The position numbers were made by a program, and so were the translations under genes. A stretch of 64,000 nt of DNA from Eledone cirrhosa. Its lineage: Eukaryota. The stretch covers positions 13,516,001 to 13,580,000 of the forward strand of contig OZ024766.1 of the NCBI GenBank assembly GCA_964016885.1, written 5' to 3'. The notes below the pieces were generated by a model. It searched no databases. It was not told the origin of the DNA and saw nothing but the letters and a program-made list of their open reading frames with translations. This document shows positions 1 through 15,439 of the stretch, piece after piece (position 1 is the stretch's first letter; the number at the start of each line of letters is the position of its first letter).

Positions 1-3000
1 CCATGAACTTAAATGAATTCTCACCAACATTGGAGTTACTTCTGACAGCTAGTACCATGAACTTAAATGAATTCTCACCAACAGTGGAGTTACTTCTGAC
101 AGCTAATACCATGAACTTAAATGAATTCTCACCAACATTGGAGTTACTTCTGACAGCTAATACCATGACTTAAATGAATTCTCACCAACAGTGGCGTTCC
201 TTCTGACAGCTAATACCATGAACTTAAATGAATTCTCACCGACAGTGGAGTTACTTCTGACAGCTAGTACCATGACTTAAATGAATTCTCACCAACATTG
301 GAGTTCCTTCTGACAGCTAATACCATGAACTTAAATGAATTCTCACCAACAGTGGAGTTACTTCTGACAGCTAATACCATGAACTTAAATGAATTCTCAC
401 CAACAGTGGAGTTACTTCTGACAGCTAATACCATGAACTTAAATGAATTCTCACCAACATTGGAGTGACTTCTGACAGCTAATACCATGAACTTAAATGT
501 ATTCTCACCAACAGTGGAGTGACTTCCGACAGCTAGTACCATGAACTTAAATGAATTCTCACCAACAGTGGAGTTACTTCTGACAGCTAATACCATGACT
601 TAAATGAATTCTCACCAACAGTGGAGTTACTTCTGACAGCTAATACCATGAACTTAAATGAATTCTCACCAACAGTGGATTTACTTCTGACAGCTAGTAC
701 CATGAACTTAAATGAATTCTCACCAACATTGGAGTTACTTCTGACAACTAATACCATGACTTAAATGAATTCTCACCAACAGTGGAGTTACTTCTGACAA
801 ACTAATAGCATGAACTTAAATGAATTCTCACCAACAGTGGAGTTACTTCTGACAGCTAGTACCATGAACTTAAATGAATTCTCACCAACAGTGGAGTTAC
901 TTCTGACAGCTAATACCATGAACTTAAATGAATTCTCACCAACAGTGGAGTTACTTCTGACAGCTAATACCATGAACTTAAATGAATTCTCACCAACATT
1001 GGAGTTACTTCTGACAGCTAATACCATGACTTAAATGAATTCTCACCAACATTGGAGTTACTTCTGACAGCTAGTACCCTGAACTTAAATGAATTCTCAC
1101 CAACAGTGGAGTTACTTCTGACAGCTAATACCATGAACTTAAATGAATTCTCACCAACAGTGGAGTTCGTTCTGACAGCTAATACCATGAACTTAAATGA
1201 ATTCTCACCAACATTGGAGTTACTTCTGACAGCTAGTACCATGGCTTAAATGAATTCTCACCAACATTGGAGTTACTTCTGACAACTAATACCATGACTT
1301 AAATGAATTCTCACCAACAGTGGAGTTACTTCTGACAAACTAATACCATGATCTTAAATGAATTCTCACCAACAGTGGAGTTACTTCTGACAGCTAGTAC
1401 CATGAACTTACATGAATTCTCACCAACAGTGGAGTTCCTTCTGACAGCTAATACCATGAACTTAAATGAATTCTCACCAACAGTGGAGTTACTTCTGACA
1501 GCTAATACCATGAACTTAAATGAATTCTCACCAACAGTGGAGTTACTTCTGACAGCTAATACCATGAACTTAAATGAATTCTCACCAACATTGGAGTGAC
1601 TTCTGACAGCTAATACCATGAACTTAAATGAATTCTCACCAACATTGGGGTTACTTCGGACAGCTAGTACCATGAACTTAAATGAATTCTCACCAACAGT
1701 GGAGTGACTTCTGACAGCTAATACCATGAACTTAAATGAATTCTCACCAACATTGGAGTGACTTCTGACAGCTAATACCATGAACTTAAATGAATTCTCA
1801 CCAACAGTGGAGTTACTTCTGACAGCTAATACCATGAACTTAAATGAATTCTCACCAACAGTGGAGTTACTTCTGACAGCTAATACCATGAACTTAAATG
1901 AATTCTCACCAACAGTGGCGTTCCTTCTGACAGCTAATACCATGAACTTAAATGAATTCTCACCGACAGTGGAGTTACTTCTGACAGCTAGTACCATGAC
2001 TTAAATGAATTCTCACCAACATTGGAGTTCCTTCTGACAGCTAATACCATGAACTTAAATGAATTCTCACCAACAGTGGAGTTACTTCTGACAGCTAATA
2101 CCATGAACTTAAATGAATTCTCACCAACATTGGAGTTACTTCTGACAGCTAGTACCATGACTTAAATGAATTCTCACCAACATTGGAGTTACTTCTGACA
2201 GCTAGTACCATGACTTAAATGAATTCTCACCAACAATGGAGTTACTTCTGACAGCTAATACCATGAACTTAAATGAATTCTCACCAACAGTGGAGTTACT
2301 TCTGACAGCTAATACCATGAACTTAAATGAATTCTCACCAACAGTGGAGTTACTTCTGACAGCTAATACCATGAACTTAAATGAATTCTCACCAACATTG
2401 GAGTGACTTCTGACAGCTAATACCATGAACTTAAATGTATTCTCACCAACAGTGGAGTGACTTCCGACAGCTAGTACCATGAACTTAAATGAATTCTCAC
2501 CAACAGTGGAGTTACTTCTGACAGCTAATACCATGACTTAAATGAATTCTCACCAACATTGGAGTTACTTCTGACAACTAATACCATGACTTAAATGAAT
2601 TCTCACCAACAGTGGAGTTACTTCTGACAAACTAATAGCATGAACTTAAATGAATTCTCACCAACAGTGGAGTTACTTCTGACAGCTAGTACCATGAACT
2701 TAAATGAATTCTCACCAACAGTGGAGTTACTTCTGACAGCTAATACCATGAACTTAAATGAATTCTCACCAACAGTGGAGTTACTTCTGACAGCTAATAC
2801 CATGAACTTAAATGAATTCTCACCAACATTGGAGTTACTTCTGACAGCTAATACCATGACTTAAATGAATTCTCACCAACAGTGGAGTTACTTCTGACAG
2901 CTAATACCATGAACTTAAATGAATTCTCACCAACATTGGAGTTACTTCTGACAGCTAGTACCATGAACTTAAATGAATTCTCACCAACAGTGGAGTTACT

Positions 3001-6000
3001 TCTGACAGCTAATACCATGAACTTAAATGAATTCTCACCAACATTGGAGTTACTTCTGACAGCTAATACCATGACTTAAATGAATTCTCACCAACAGTGG
3101 AGTTACTTCTGACAGCTAGTACCATGAACTTAAATGAATTCTCACCAACATTGAGTTACTTCTGACAGCTAATACCATGAACTTAAATGAATTCTCACCA
3201 ACAGTGGAGTTACTTCTGACAGCTAATACCATGAACTTAAATGAATTCTCACCAACATTGGAGTTACTTCTGACAGCTAATACCATGACTTAAATGAATT
3301 CTCACCAACAGTGGAGTTACTTCTGACAGCTAATACCATGAACTTAAATGAATTCTCACCAACATTGGAGTTACTTCTGACAGCTAGTACCATGAACTTA
3401 AATGAATTCTCACCAACAGTGGAGTTACTTCTGACAGCTAATACCATGAACTTAAATGAATTCTCACCAACAGTGGAGTTCCTTCTGACAGCTAATACCA
3501 TGAACTTAAATGAATTCTCACCAACATTTGAGTTACTTCTGACAGCTAGTACCATGACTTAAATGAATTCTCACCAACATTGGAGTTACTTCTGACAGCT
3601 AGTACCATGACTTAAATGAATTCTCACCAACAATGGAGTTACTTCTGACAGCTAATAACATGACTTAAATGAATTCTCACCAACAGTGGAGTTACTTCTG
3701 ACAGCTAATACCATGAACTTAAATGAATTCTCACCAACAGTGGAGTTCCTTCTGACAGCTAATACCATGAACTTAAACGAATTCTCACCAACATTGGAGT
3801 TACTTCTGACAGCTAGTACCCTGAACTTAAATGAATTCTCACCAACAGTGGAGTTACTTCTGACAGCTAATACCATGAACTTAAATGAATTCTCACCAAC
3901 AGTGGAGTTCGTTCTGACAGCTAATACCATGAACTTAAATGAATTCTCACCAACATTGGAGTTACTTCTGACAGCTAGTACCATGGCTTAAATGAATTCT
4001 CACCAACATTGGAGTTACTTCTGACAGCTAGTACCATGAACTTAAATGAATTCTCACCAACAGTGGAGTTACTTCTGACAGCTAATACCATGAACTTAAA
4101 TGAATTCTCACCAACAGTGGAGTTACTTCTGACAGCTAATACCATGAACTTAAATGAATTCTCACCAACATTGGAGTTACTTCTGACAGCTAATACCATG
4201 ACTTAAATGAATTCTCACCAACAGTGGAGTTACTTCTGACAGCTAATACCATGAACTTAAATGAATTCTCACCAACATTGGAGTTACTTCTGACAGCTAG
4301 TACCATGAACTTAAATGAATTCTCACCAACAGTGGTGTTACTTCTGACAGCTAATACCATGAACTTAAATGAATTCTCACCAACAGTGGAGTTCCTTCTG
4401 ACAGCTAATACCATGAACTTAAATGAATTCTCACCAACATTGGAGTTACTTCTGACAGCTAGTACCATGACTTAAATGAATTCTCACCAACATTGGAGTT
4501 ACTTCTGACAGCTAGTACCATGACTTAAATGAATTCTCACCAACAATGGAGTTACTTCTGACAGCTAATAACATGACTTAAATGAATTCTCACCAACAGT
4601 GGAGTTACTTCTGACAGCTAATACCATGAACTTAAATGAATTCTCACCAACAGTGGAGTTCCTTCTGACAGCTAATACCATGAACTTAAACGAATTCTCA
4701 CCAACATTGGAGTTACTTCTGACAGCTAGTACCCTGAACTTAAATGAATTCTCACCAACAGTGGAGTTACTTCTGACAGCTAATACCATGAACTTAAATG
4801 AATTCTCACCAACAGTGGAGTTCGTTCTGACAGCTAATACCATGAACTTAAATGAATTCTCACCAACATTGGAGTTACTTCTGACAGCTAGTACCATGGC
4901 TTAAATGAATTCTCACCAACATTGGAGTTACTTCTGACAACTAATACCATGACTTAAATGAATTCTCACCAACAGTGGAGTTACTTCTGACAAACTAATA
5001 CCATGATCTTAAATGAATTCTCACCAACAGTGGAGTTACTTCTGACAGCTAGTACCATGAACTTAAATGAATTCTCACCAACAGTGGAGTTCCTTCTGAC
5101 AGCTAATACCATGAACTTAAATGAATTCTCACCAACAGTGGAGTTACTTCTGACAGCTAATACCATGAACTTAAATGAATTCTCACCAACAGTGGAGTTA
5201 CTTCTGACAGCTAATACCATGAACTTAAATGAATTCTCACCAACATTGGAGTGACTTCTGACAGCTAATACCATGAACTTAAATGAATTCTCACCAACAT
5301 TGGGGTTACTTCGGACAGCTAGTACCATGAACTTAAATGAATTCTCACCAACAGTGGAGTGACTTCTGACAGCTAATACCATGAACTTAAATGAATTCTC
5401 ACCAACATTGGAGTGACTTCTGACAGCTAATACCATGAACTTAAATGAATTCTCACCAACAGTGGAGTTACTTCTGACAGCTAATACCATGAACTTAAAT
5501 GAATTCTCACCAACAGTGGAGTTACTTCTGACAGCTAATACCATGAACTTAAATGAATTCTCACCAACAGTGGCGTTCCTTCTGACAGCTAATACCATGA
5601 ACTTAAATGAATTCTCACCGACAGTGGAGTTACTTCTGACAGCTAGTACCATGACTTAAATGAATTCTCACCAACATTGGAGTTCCTTCTGACAGCTAAT
5701 ACCATGAACTTAAATGAATTCTCACCAACAGTGGAGTTACTTCTGACAGCTAATACCATGAACTTAAATGAATTCTCACCAACATTGGAGTTACTTCTGA
5801 CAGCTAGTACCATGACTTAAATGAATTCTCACCAACATTGGAGTTACTTCTGACAGCTAGTACCATGACTTAAATGAATTCTCACCAACAATGGAGTTAC
5901 TTCTGACAGCTAATACCATGAACTTAAATGAATTCTCACCAACAGTGGAGTTACTTCTGACAGCTAATACCATGAACTTAAATGAATTCTCACCAACAGT

Positions 6001-8355
6001 GGAGTTACTTCTGACAGCTAATACCATGAACTTAAATGAATTCTCACCAACATTGGAGTGACTTCTGACAGCTAATACCATGAACTTAAATGTATTCTCA
6101 CCAACAGTGGAGTGACTTCCGACAGCTAGTACCATGAACTTAAATGAATTCTCACCAACAGTGGAGTTACTTCTGACAGCTAATACCATGACTTAAATGA
6201 ATTCTCACCAACAGTGGAGTTACTTCTGACAGCTAATACAATGAACTTAAATGAATTCTCACCAACAGTGGATTTACTTCTGACAGCTAGTACCATGAAC
6301 TTAAATGAATTCTCACCAACATTGGAGTTACTTCTGACAACTAATACCATGACTTAAATGAATTCTCACCAACAGTGGAGTTACTTCTGACAAACTAATA
6401 GCATAAACTTAAATGAATTCTCACCAACAGTGGAGTTACTTCTGACAGCTAGTACCATGAACTTAAATGAATTCTCACCAACAGTGGAGTTACTTCTGAC
6501 AGCTAATACCATGAACTTAAATGAATTCTCACCAACAGTGGAGTTACTTCTGACAGCTAATACCATGAACTTAAATGAATTCTCACCAACATTGGAGTTA
6601 CTTCTGACAGCTAATACCATGACTTAAATGAATTCTCACCAACAGTGGAGTTACTTCTGACAGCTAATACCATGAACTTAAATGAATTCTCACCAACATT
6701 GGAGTTACTTCTGACAGCTAGTACCATGAACTTAAATGAATTCTCACCAACAGTGGAGTTACTTCTGACAGCTAATACCATGAACTTAAATGAATTCTCA
6801 CCAACAGTGGAGTTACTTCTGACAGCTAATACCATGAACTTAAATGAATTCTCACCAACAGTGGAGTTCCTTCTGACAGCTAATACCATGAACTTAAATG
6901 AATTCTCACCAACATTGGAGTTACTTCTGACAGCTAGTACCATGACTTAAATGAATTCTCACCAACATTGGAGTTACTTCTGACAGCTAGTACCATGACT
7001 TAAATGAATTCTCACCAGCAATGGAGTTACTTCTGACAGCTAATACCATGACTTAAATGAATTCTCACCAACAGTGGAGTTACTTCTGACAGCTAATACC
7101 ATGAACTTAAATGAATTCTCACCAACAGTGGAGTTCCTTCTGACAGCTAATACCATGAACTTAAATGAATTCTCACCAACATTGGAGTTACTTCTGACAG
7201 CTAGTACCATGAACTTAAATGAATTCTCACCAACAGTGGAGTTACTTCTGACAGCTAATACCATGAACTTAAATGAATTCTCACCAACAGTGGCGTTCCT
7301 TCTGACAGCTAATACCATGAACTTAAATGAATTCTCACCAACATTGGAGTTACTTCTGACAGCTAATACCATGACTTAAATGAACTCTCACCAACAGTGG
7401 AGTTACTTCTGACAGCTAATACCATGAACTTAAATGAATTCTCACCAACATTGTAGTTACTTCTGACAGCTAGTACCATGAACTTAAATGAATTCTCACC
7501 AACAGTGGAGTTACTTCTGACAGCTAATACCATGAACTTAAATGAATTCTCACCAACAGTGGAGTTCCTTCTGACAGCTAATACCATGAACTTAAATGAA
7601 TTCTCACCAACAGTGGAGTTACTTCTGACAGCTAGTACCATGACTTAAATGAATTCTCACCAACATTGGAGTTCCTTCTGACAGCTAATACCATGAACTT
7701 AAATGAATTCTCACCAACAGTGGAGTTCCTTCTGACAGCTAATACCATGAACTTAAATGAATTCTCACCAACATTGGAGTTACTTCTGACAACTAATACC
7801 ATGACTTAAATGAATTCTCACCAACAGTGGAGGTACTTCTGACAAACTAATACCATGAACTTAAATGAATTCTCACCAACAGTGGAGTTACTTCTGACAG
7901 CTAGTACCATGAACTTAAATGAATTCTCACCAACAGTGGAGTTACTTCTGACAGCTAATACCATGCACTTAAATGAATTCTCACCAACAGTGGAGTTCGT
8001 TCTGACAGCTAATACCATGAACTTAAATGAATTCTCACCAACATTGGAGTTACTTCTGACAGCTAGTACCATGGCTTAAATGAATTCTCACCAACATTGG
8101 AGTTACTTCTGACAACTAATACCATGACTTAAATGAATTCTCACCAACAGTGGAGTTACTTCTGACAAACTAATACCATGAACTTAAATGAATTCTCACC
8201 AACAGTGGAGTTACTTCTGACAGCTAGTACCATGAACTTAAATGAATTCTCACCAACAGTGGAGTTCCTTCTGACAGCTAATACCATGAACTTAAATGAA
8301 TTCTCACCAACAGTGGAGTTACTTCTGACAGCTAATACCATGAACTTAAATGAAT
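1..8355. repeat. 54-bp satellite (53-bp variants), about 155 units, with higher-order duplication blocks
   Basis: Unit CCATGAACTTAAATGAATTCTCACCAACAGTGGAGTTACTTCTGACAGCTAATA repeats to the gap. Near-identical variant-ORF patterns recur at offsets of 3655, 1938 and 913 bp. Confidence 0.98.
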
Positions 8356-8555
8356 NNNNNNNNNNNNNNNNNNNNNNNNNNNNNNNNNNNNNNNNNNNNN
8401 NNNNNNNNNNNNNNNNNNNNNNNNNNNNNNNNNNNNNNNNNNNNNNNNNNNNNNNNNNNNNNNNNNNNNNNNNNNNNNNNNNNNNNNNNNNNNNNNNNNN
8501 NNNNNNNNNNNNNNNNNNNNNNNNNNNNNNNNNNNNNNNNNNNNNNNNNNNNNNN
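8356..8555. other. Assembly gap (200 N)
   Basis: Run of N. Confidence 1.
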
Positions 8556-8561
8556 TAATTG

Positions 8562-8596
<35 letters not shown>

Positions 8597-8664
8597 AGGG
8601 GTTGCTGAAAGTGATACAAGGAGGGGAAATATATATATATACACACACACATATATATATATAT

Positions 8665-8741
<77 letters not shown>

Positions 8742-8768
8742 TATATATATACACACACACACACACAG

Positions 8769-8799
<31 letters not shown>

Positions 8800-8818
8800 T
8801 ATATATATACACACACAC

Positions 8819-8849
<31 letters not shown>

Positions 8850-8856
8850 TATATAT

Positions 8857-8903
<47 letters not shown>

Positions 8904-8946
8904 TATATATATATACACACATATATATATATATATATACACACAC

Positions 8947-9007
<61 letters not shown>

Positions 9008-9114
9008 TATATATATACACACCCACACACACATATATATATATATATACACACACACACATACACACACATATATATATATACACACACACATACACAC
9101 ATATATATATATAT

Positions 9115-9145
<31 letters not shown>

Positions 9146-9200
9146 CACACACACAGATATATATATATATATACACACACACACATATATATATATATAT

Positions 9201-9269
<69 letters not shown>

Positions 9270-9381
9270 CACACACAGAGATATATATATATATACACAC
9301 ACACACATATATATATAATATACACATATATATATATATACACACACACACACATATATATATACACACACACATATATAT

Positions 9382-9428
<47 letters not shown>

Positions 9429-9473
9429 TACAAACATATATATATATATACACACACACATATATATATATAT

Positions 9474-9548
<75 letters not shown>

Positions 9549-9667
9549 TATATATATATACACACACACACACATATATATATACACACCCACACACACA
9601 TATATATATATATATACACACACACACATACACACACATATATATATATACACACACACATACACAC

Positions 9668-9716
<49 letters not shown>

Positions 9717-9797
9717 CACACACACACATATATATACACACATACACACATATATATATATATATATATACACACACATATATATATATATACACAC

Positions 9798-9834
<37 letters not shown>

Positions 9835-9839
9835 TATAT

Positions 9840-9870
<31 letters not shown>

Positions 9871-9961
9871 CACACACACATATATATATACACACACACA
9901 TATATATATACACACATACACACATATATATATACACACATATATATATATATATACACAC

Positions 9962-9996
<35 letters not shown>

Positions 9997-10007
9997 TATA
10001 TACACAC

Positions 10008-10042
<35 letters not shown>

Positions 10043-10055
10043 TATATACACACAT

Positions 10056-10102
<47 letters not shown>

Positions 10103-10437
10103 TATATATATATACACACACACACACACATATATATATATACACACACACACATATATATATACACACACACACACATATATATATACACACACACATA
10201 TATATATATACACACACACACACACACGTATATATACACACACACACACATATATATATACACACACACACATATATATATACACACACACATATATATA
10301 TACACACACACATATATATATATACACACACACACACACATATATATACACACACACACACACATATATATATATACACACACACACACACACGTATATA
10401 TACACACACACACACGTATATATATATACACACACAC

Positions 10438-10468
<31 letters not shown>

Positions 10469-10633
10469 TATATATACACACACACACACATATATATATA
10501 CACACACACACATATATATATACACACACACACGTATATATACACACACACACACATATATATATATACACACACACACACACATATATATATATACACA
10601 CACACACACACGTATATATACACACACACACAC

Positions 10634-10666
<33 letters not shown>

Positions 10667-10685
10667 TATATACACACACACACAC

Positions 10686-10717
<32 letters not shown>

Positions 10718-10789
10718 GTATATACACACACACACACACATATATATATACACACACACACACACACGTATATATACACACACACACAC

Positions 10790-10821
<32 letters not shown>

Positions 10822-10842
10822 GTATATATACACACACACACA

Positions 10843-10874
<32 letters not shown>

Positions 10875-10879
10875 TATAT

Positions 10880-10910
<31 letters not shown>

Positions 10911-11111
10911 CACACACACACACATATATATATATACACACACACACACACACGTATATATACACACACACACACACACGTATATATACACACACACACA
11001 CACGTATATATATACACACACACACACACGTATATATACACACACACACACACACGTATATATACACACACACACACACGTATATATACACACACACACA
11101 TATATATATAT
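8562..11111. repeat. Compound (TA)n/(CA)n microsatellite
   Basis: Alternating TA and CA tracts for 2.5 kb; the long ORFs here are artefacts. Confidence 0.98.
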
Positions 11112-11239
11112 GGAAGCGTGAATGGATTGATGAAGGACGGATTGGAGAAATGGAAAACAGCGTGACAGGAAGGGGAGGTGAGGGGGGGTAGGCTGAGGAG
11201 GGGAAGGAGGAGGCGGGGAGGAAGTGAATGCTGATTATG

Positions 11240-11945
11240 CTGCTGATGTTGGTGGTGGTGGTGGTGGTGCTACTGGTGATGATGGTGGTGGTGGTGGTGG
11301 TGGTGACGATGCTGATGATGACCAGAGACATGAAGATGACGATAATGAAGAAGAAGAAGAAGAAGAAGAAGAGGCTTAGAGAGAATGATGATGATGGTGA
11401 TGATGGTGGTGTTGACGATGGCCAGAGTCTTGAAGAAGAAGAGAAAAGAAGAAAAACGAAGAAACAGAAGAAAAAAGAAAAAAAGACAAAGAAGAAGAAA
11501 GAAGAAAGAAGAAGAAAAGAAGAAAGAAGAAAAGGAAGAAGAAAAGATAAAGAAGAAAGAAGAAAAGAAGAAAGAAGAAAAGGAAGAAGAAAAGATAAAG
11601 AAGAAAGAAGAAAAGAAGAAAGAAGAAAAGGAAGAAGAAAAGATAAAGAAGAAAAGGAAGAAGAAAAGAAGAAAGAAGAAAAGGAAGAAGAAAAGATAAA
11701 GAAGAAAGAAGAAAAGAAGAAAGAAGAAAAGGAAGAAGAAAAGATAAAGAAGAAAGAAGAAAAGATAAAGAAGAAAGAAGAAAAGAAGAAAGAAGAAAAG
11801 GAAGAAGAAAAGATAAAGAAGAAAGAAGAAAAGAAGAAAGAAGAAAAGGAAGAAGAAAAGATAAAGAAGAAAGAAGAAAAGAAGAAAGAAGAAAAGGAAG
11901 AAGCAAAGAAGAAAGAAGAAAAGGAAGAAGCAAAGAAGAAGGGGA
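11240..11945. repeat. (GGT/GAT)n followed by a GAA-rich polypurine minisatellite
   Basis: Low-complexity triplet repeats, AAGAAGAAAG-type units. Confidence 0.95.
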
Positions 11946-12404
11946 GGCGTAGTGGGGATGACGACGAATAGATGGAAGGAGGAGAGAAACGACAGCAAGG
12001 TTGTTTTTTTAAATAAACGACAAAAAAAAAAAAAAGATGAAGATTTTCCTACGTCTCATTTTTACTGATTCAGTTTCTCGTCCAGAGGGGACAAGATCTG
12101 GGGTGGGGATAGGGGGTGTGGTGTTGGGGGTGGAGGAAGAATTACAGGAGAGAGCAGCGGGGGTCGGGGGCGGAAGGAGCAGGGCTTGAATTTCGTTATA
12201 GAGTTTTATGCCTTGTTTATTCAGAATACTTGTAGCAGGCAACAGCGGGTGCGACGACGAGTGGCGTGGTGTGGTGTGGCGTGACGAGCGCTTGTGTATA
12301 AGTGTAAACGTGTATGAGCATGTGTATGTGAATATATGTGTGTGTGTGTAGATGTTAGAGAGGGCTGTGTGTGGCACTAGAAGTTGATGGAAACTGCGGA
12401 GTGG

Positions 12405-12548
12405 GGAGACCCAAGTTGACCTGGGATGAGGTGACCTTACCCAATTGCACCTCTCAAAGACAATGACACACGACGTGACCTCTGGCGTCACGCAGTAATA
12501 CAGAGTACCCGACCTCCCATGGGTACAAGCTGAAGCATATAGACAATA

Positions 12549-12582
<34 letters not shown>

Positions 12583-12856
12583 ACCACCACCACCGCAAGG
12601 TGGTCGTGGGGGTGCCACGGCAATAAAACACCCAGCCCACACTGTAAAGTGGACGTGTAGGCGCCACGAATAAGCACCCAGCACTCACTGTAAGTGAGGT
12701 TGGTGTTAGGAAGGGCATCCAGCTGTAGAAATCAAGCCAAATTAGTTCCTGTATGAGCAAGGCATGGTCAGCCGACCAGACACTGCCCACAACAGGGCAA
12801 CCCGTCTAACCCATGCTAGCCTGGAAGAACGGACGTAAAACGGTGATGATGATGAT
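12405..12856 (+). mobile_element. RTE LINE 3' fragment with (GAT)n tail
   Basis: Highly similar to the 3' end of the RTE at 42830-43274; ends GGTGATGATGATGAT; internal poly-C expansion. Confidence 0.92.
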
Positions 12857-13270
12857 ACATAGCCAGGTCACTATATATATATATACTTACATACATATCT
12901 AGAACAGTCAACAGGACACACCCCCAGCTAAATTCTCGGAAAAGATTCCATTTTCCCAGAATAAGTTTATAAATATTTAAATATATATACATATGAATGT
13001 GTGTGTGTGTGTAGGATAATGTATGTGTGCGTGGGATAATGTATGTGTGAAAATGTGTGTGAATGTATATATATATATATTAAGGTGTGTTTATATATAT
13101 ATATTAAGTGTGTGTTTATATATATATATATATACACATACATTTATACATACCCAGGTCGCTATATATATATATACATACATACATACATATATAGCCA
13201 TGTCACTATATATATATACTTACATACATACATATATAGTGTGTATGTATATATATACACACATACACAC

Positions 13271-13309
<39 letters not shown>

Positions 13310-13310
<1 letters not shown>

Positions 13311-13601
13311 ATACGGGAAAAATTAGTCAGAGATATTTTAAATATAAAACGGAATAAATTAATGAAAGAAACGTAAAAATAATAAAAATTGTTGAAATAT
13401 CTTGAAAATATAAAATATAGAAGAAAGAGACAGGAATTGATTGAGTTTGAAGTAAATTAATGAATGAACGAAAGTAGGTGGGGCAGGAAGAGGAAATAAA
13501 GACAGTAGAGTCTCGCAGTGAATGGTAAGGTTTAGAGTAAGAATTATTTTATTCCTGGTTGTATAATTACAAATTATACTTAGACGAATAATGGGCTGTA
13601 G

Positions 13602-13645
<44 letters not shown>

Positions 13646-13661
13646 TATATATATATATATT

Positions 13662-13696
<35 letters not shown>

Positions 13697-13700
13697 ATTA

Positions 13701-13734
<34 letters not shown>

Positions 13735-13753
13735 TAATATATATATATATATT

Positions 13754-13788
<35 letters not shown>

Positions 13789-14695
13789 ATTAATATATAT
13801 ATATATATATATTTATATCACAGGGACGAACAGCAAGTACAGTCTCGCAGTGAATGGTAAGGATTAGGGGAAGAATTATTTTATTCCTGGTTGTATAAAT
13901 AACATTACAAATATCACAAATAAATAGATAAAAATATATATATATATTATTTAAAGGTTAAACAAGCTTCAATGAATAAATCAAAGAATAAAGTTTTACA
14001 ATAGATTAGAAGCACTCCACGTTTTGAATTAATATATATATATATATATATACATATTGTTTTATTTTTGAGGATTTTTTTTTTTGTTCCTTTATTGTAT
14101 TTTATATTTATTTCTTTTGTAATTTTGTCCTTTTTATTGTTCGTCACCGTTTTACGTCCGTTCTTCCAGGCTAGCATGGGTTAGACGGGTTGTCCTGTTG
14201 TGGGCAATGTCTGGTCGGCTGACCATGCCTTGCTCATACAGGAACTGATTTGGCTTGATTTCTACAGCTGGATGCCCTTCCTAACACCAACCTTATTTAC
14301 AGTGAGTGCTGGGTGCTTTTTCGTGGCGCCTACACGTCCACTTTACAGTGTGGGCTGGGTGCTTTTTTGCCGTGGCACCTGCACGACCGCTTTGAGGTGG
14401 GAGGGTGTGGGGGCATATTGTCTATATGCTTCAGCTTGTACCCATGGGAGGTCGGGTATTCTGTATTACTGCGTGACGCCAGAGGTCACGGTCGTGTGTC
14501 ATCGCATTTGAGAGGTGTAATTGGGTAAGGTCAACGAAACTATACATATATATATATATATACCATGTCCGAAAACGATATGGAGAAAGTAGAGGTTCGC
14601 AGTGAATATCTCAAGAATTATTTTATTCCTAGTTTTGTAAATAACATTACAAATTATACTTAGATGAAGAATGTGGTTTAGTAAATATATATATA
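13310..14695 (+). repeat. Left copy of a direct duplication flanking the zinc-finger gene
   Basis: AATACGGGAAAAATTAGTCA...GTCTCGCAGTGAATGGTA...AAGAATTATTTTATTCCT blocks match 18689-19290 in the same order. Confidence 0.85.
14143..14532 (-). mobile_element. RTE LINE 3' fragment, inverted relative to 12405-12856
   Basis: Reverse complement of the same RTE 3'UTR; ORF 14200..14511 mirrors 12488..12790. Confidence 0.92.
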
Positions 14696-14699
14696 TATA

Positions 14700-15394
14700 T
14701 AATATACGTGAACGGCAAAGCATAAACGAACTAAGGAATAAATTAGAGATAAGAGGGATCAGATGTTGTTTACTCGAGAGAAGGCTACGTTGGTATGGAC
14801 ACGTGATGCGCATGAAAGTCGATAGCTGTATAACAAAGTGCAGGGCAATAAAGATAGACGGTAGTCACGGAATAGGCAGACCTAGAAAAACCTGGGACGA
14901 GCTGATAAACTCCGACATCACACACTTACACCTCTCCAAGACAATGTCACTGGACCGAGAACTTTGGCGGTACTCAGTAACAGAGAAGACCCGCCTTACC
15001 TAAATATATAGTAAAACCTACTCCAGCCAGTAGGCATCTCTAACAAATACACCCCGTCCCACCACCCCCACCCGATCCACACCACCCCGTTCTATGTAAA
15101 GTTATGTTGGTGCCGCGCCATCGAGGCCGAAACAAATGAGATCGTGTAGGTGTCACGACAAAAAAACACACAGTCCACGCTGTAATGTGGCCGTGTAGGC
15201 AACACGGTAAAAACCTCCCAGACCCACACTGTAAATGTGGTTGGTGTTAGGAAGGGCATCCAACTGTAGAAAACCTGCCAGACAGTCCTATGCGAGCAAG
15301 ACAATCACTCTTGCCTCAAGTGGGACTACCCCCGTCCAAACCCATGCAAGCGTGGAACACGGACGTTAAACGCTGATGATGATGATGATGATGA
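14700..15394 (+). mobile_element. RTE LINE 3' fragment (C-terminus, 3'UTR, (GAT)n tail)
   Basis: RRLRWYGHVMRM...GRPRKTW RTE C-terminal motif; tail GATGATGATGAT. Confidence 0.92.
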
Positions 15395-15439
15395 TATAAA
15401 TATATATACATAAATATGTGTATATATTTATAGAGAGAG

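Noticed and set aside
1-8355. CRISPR-like array or repeat-protein ORFs
   Set aside because: No unique spacers and no cas genes; 53-bp variants break the frames, so this is a satellite
8156-11998. Long ORFs of 185-999 aa (CVYI, THIY, KEE-rich)
   Set aside because: Stop-free by-products of microsatellites
12045-12090. Minus-strand CTGGACGA...GAGACGTAGG hammerhead-like remnant
   Set aside because: Both core boxes are mutated; too degenerate to call
12551-12582. 32-nt poly-C run as a G-quadruplex element
   Set aside because: Homopolymer expansion or sequencing artefact relative to the sister RTE copy; no further support
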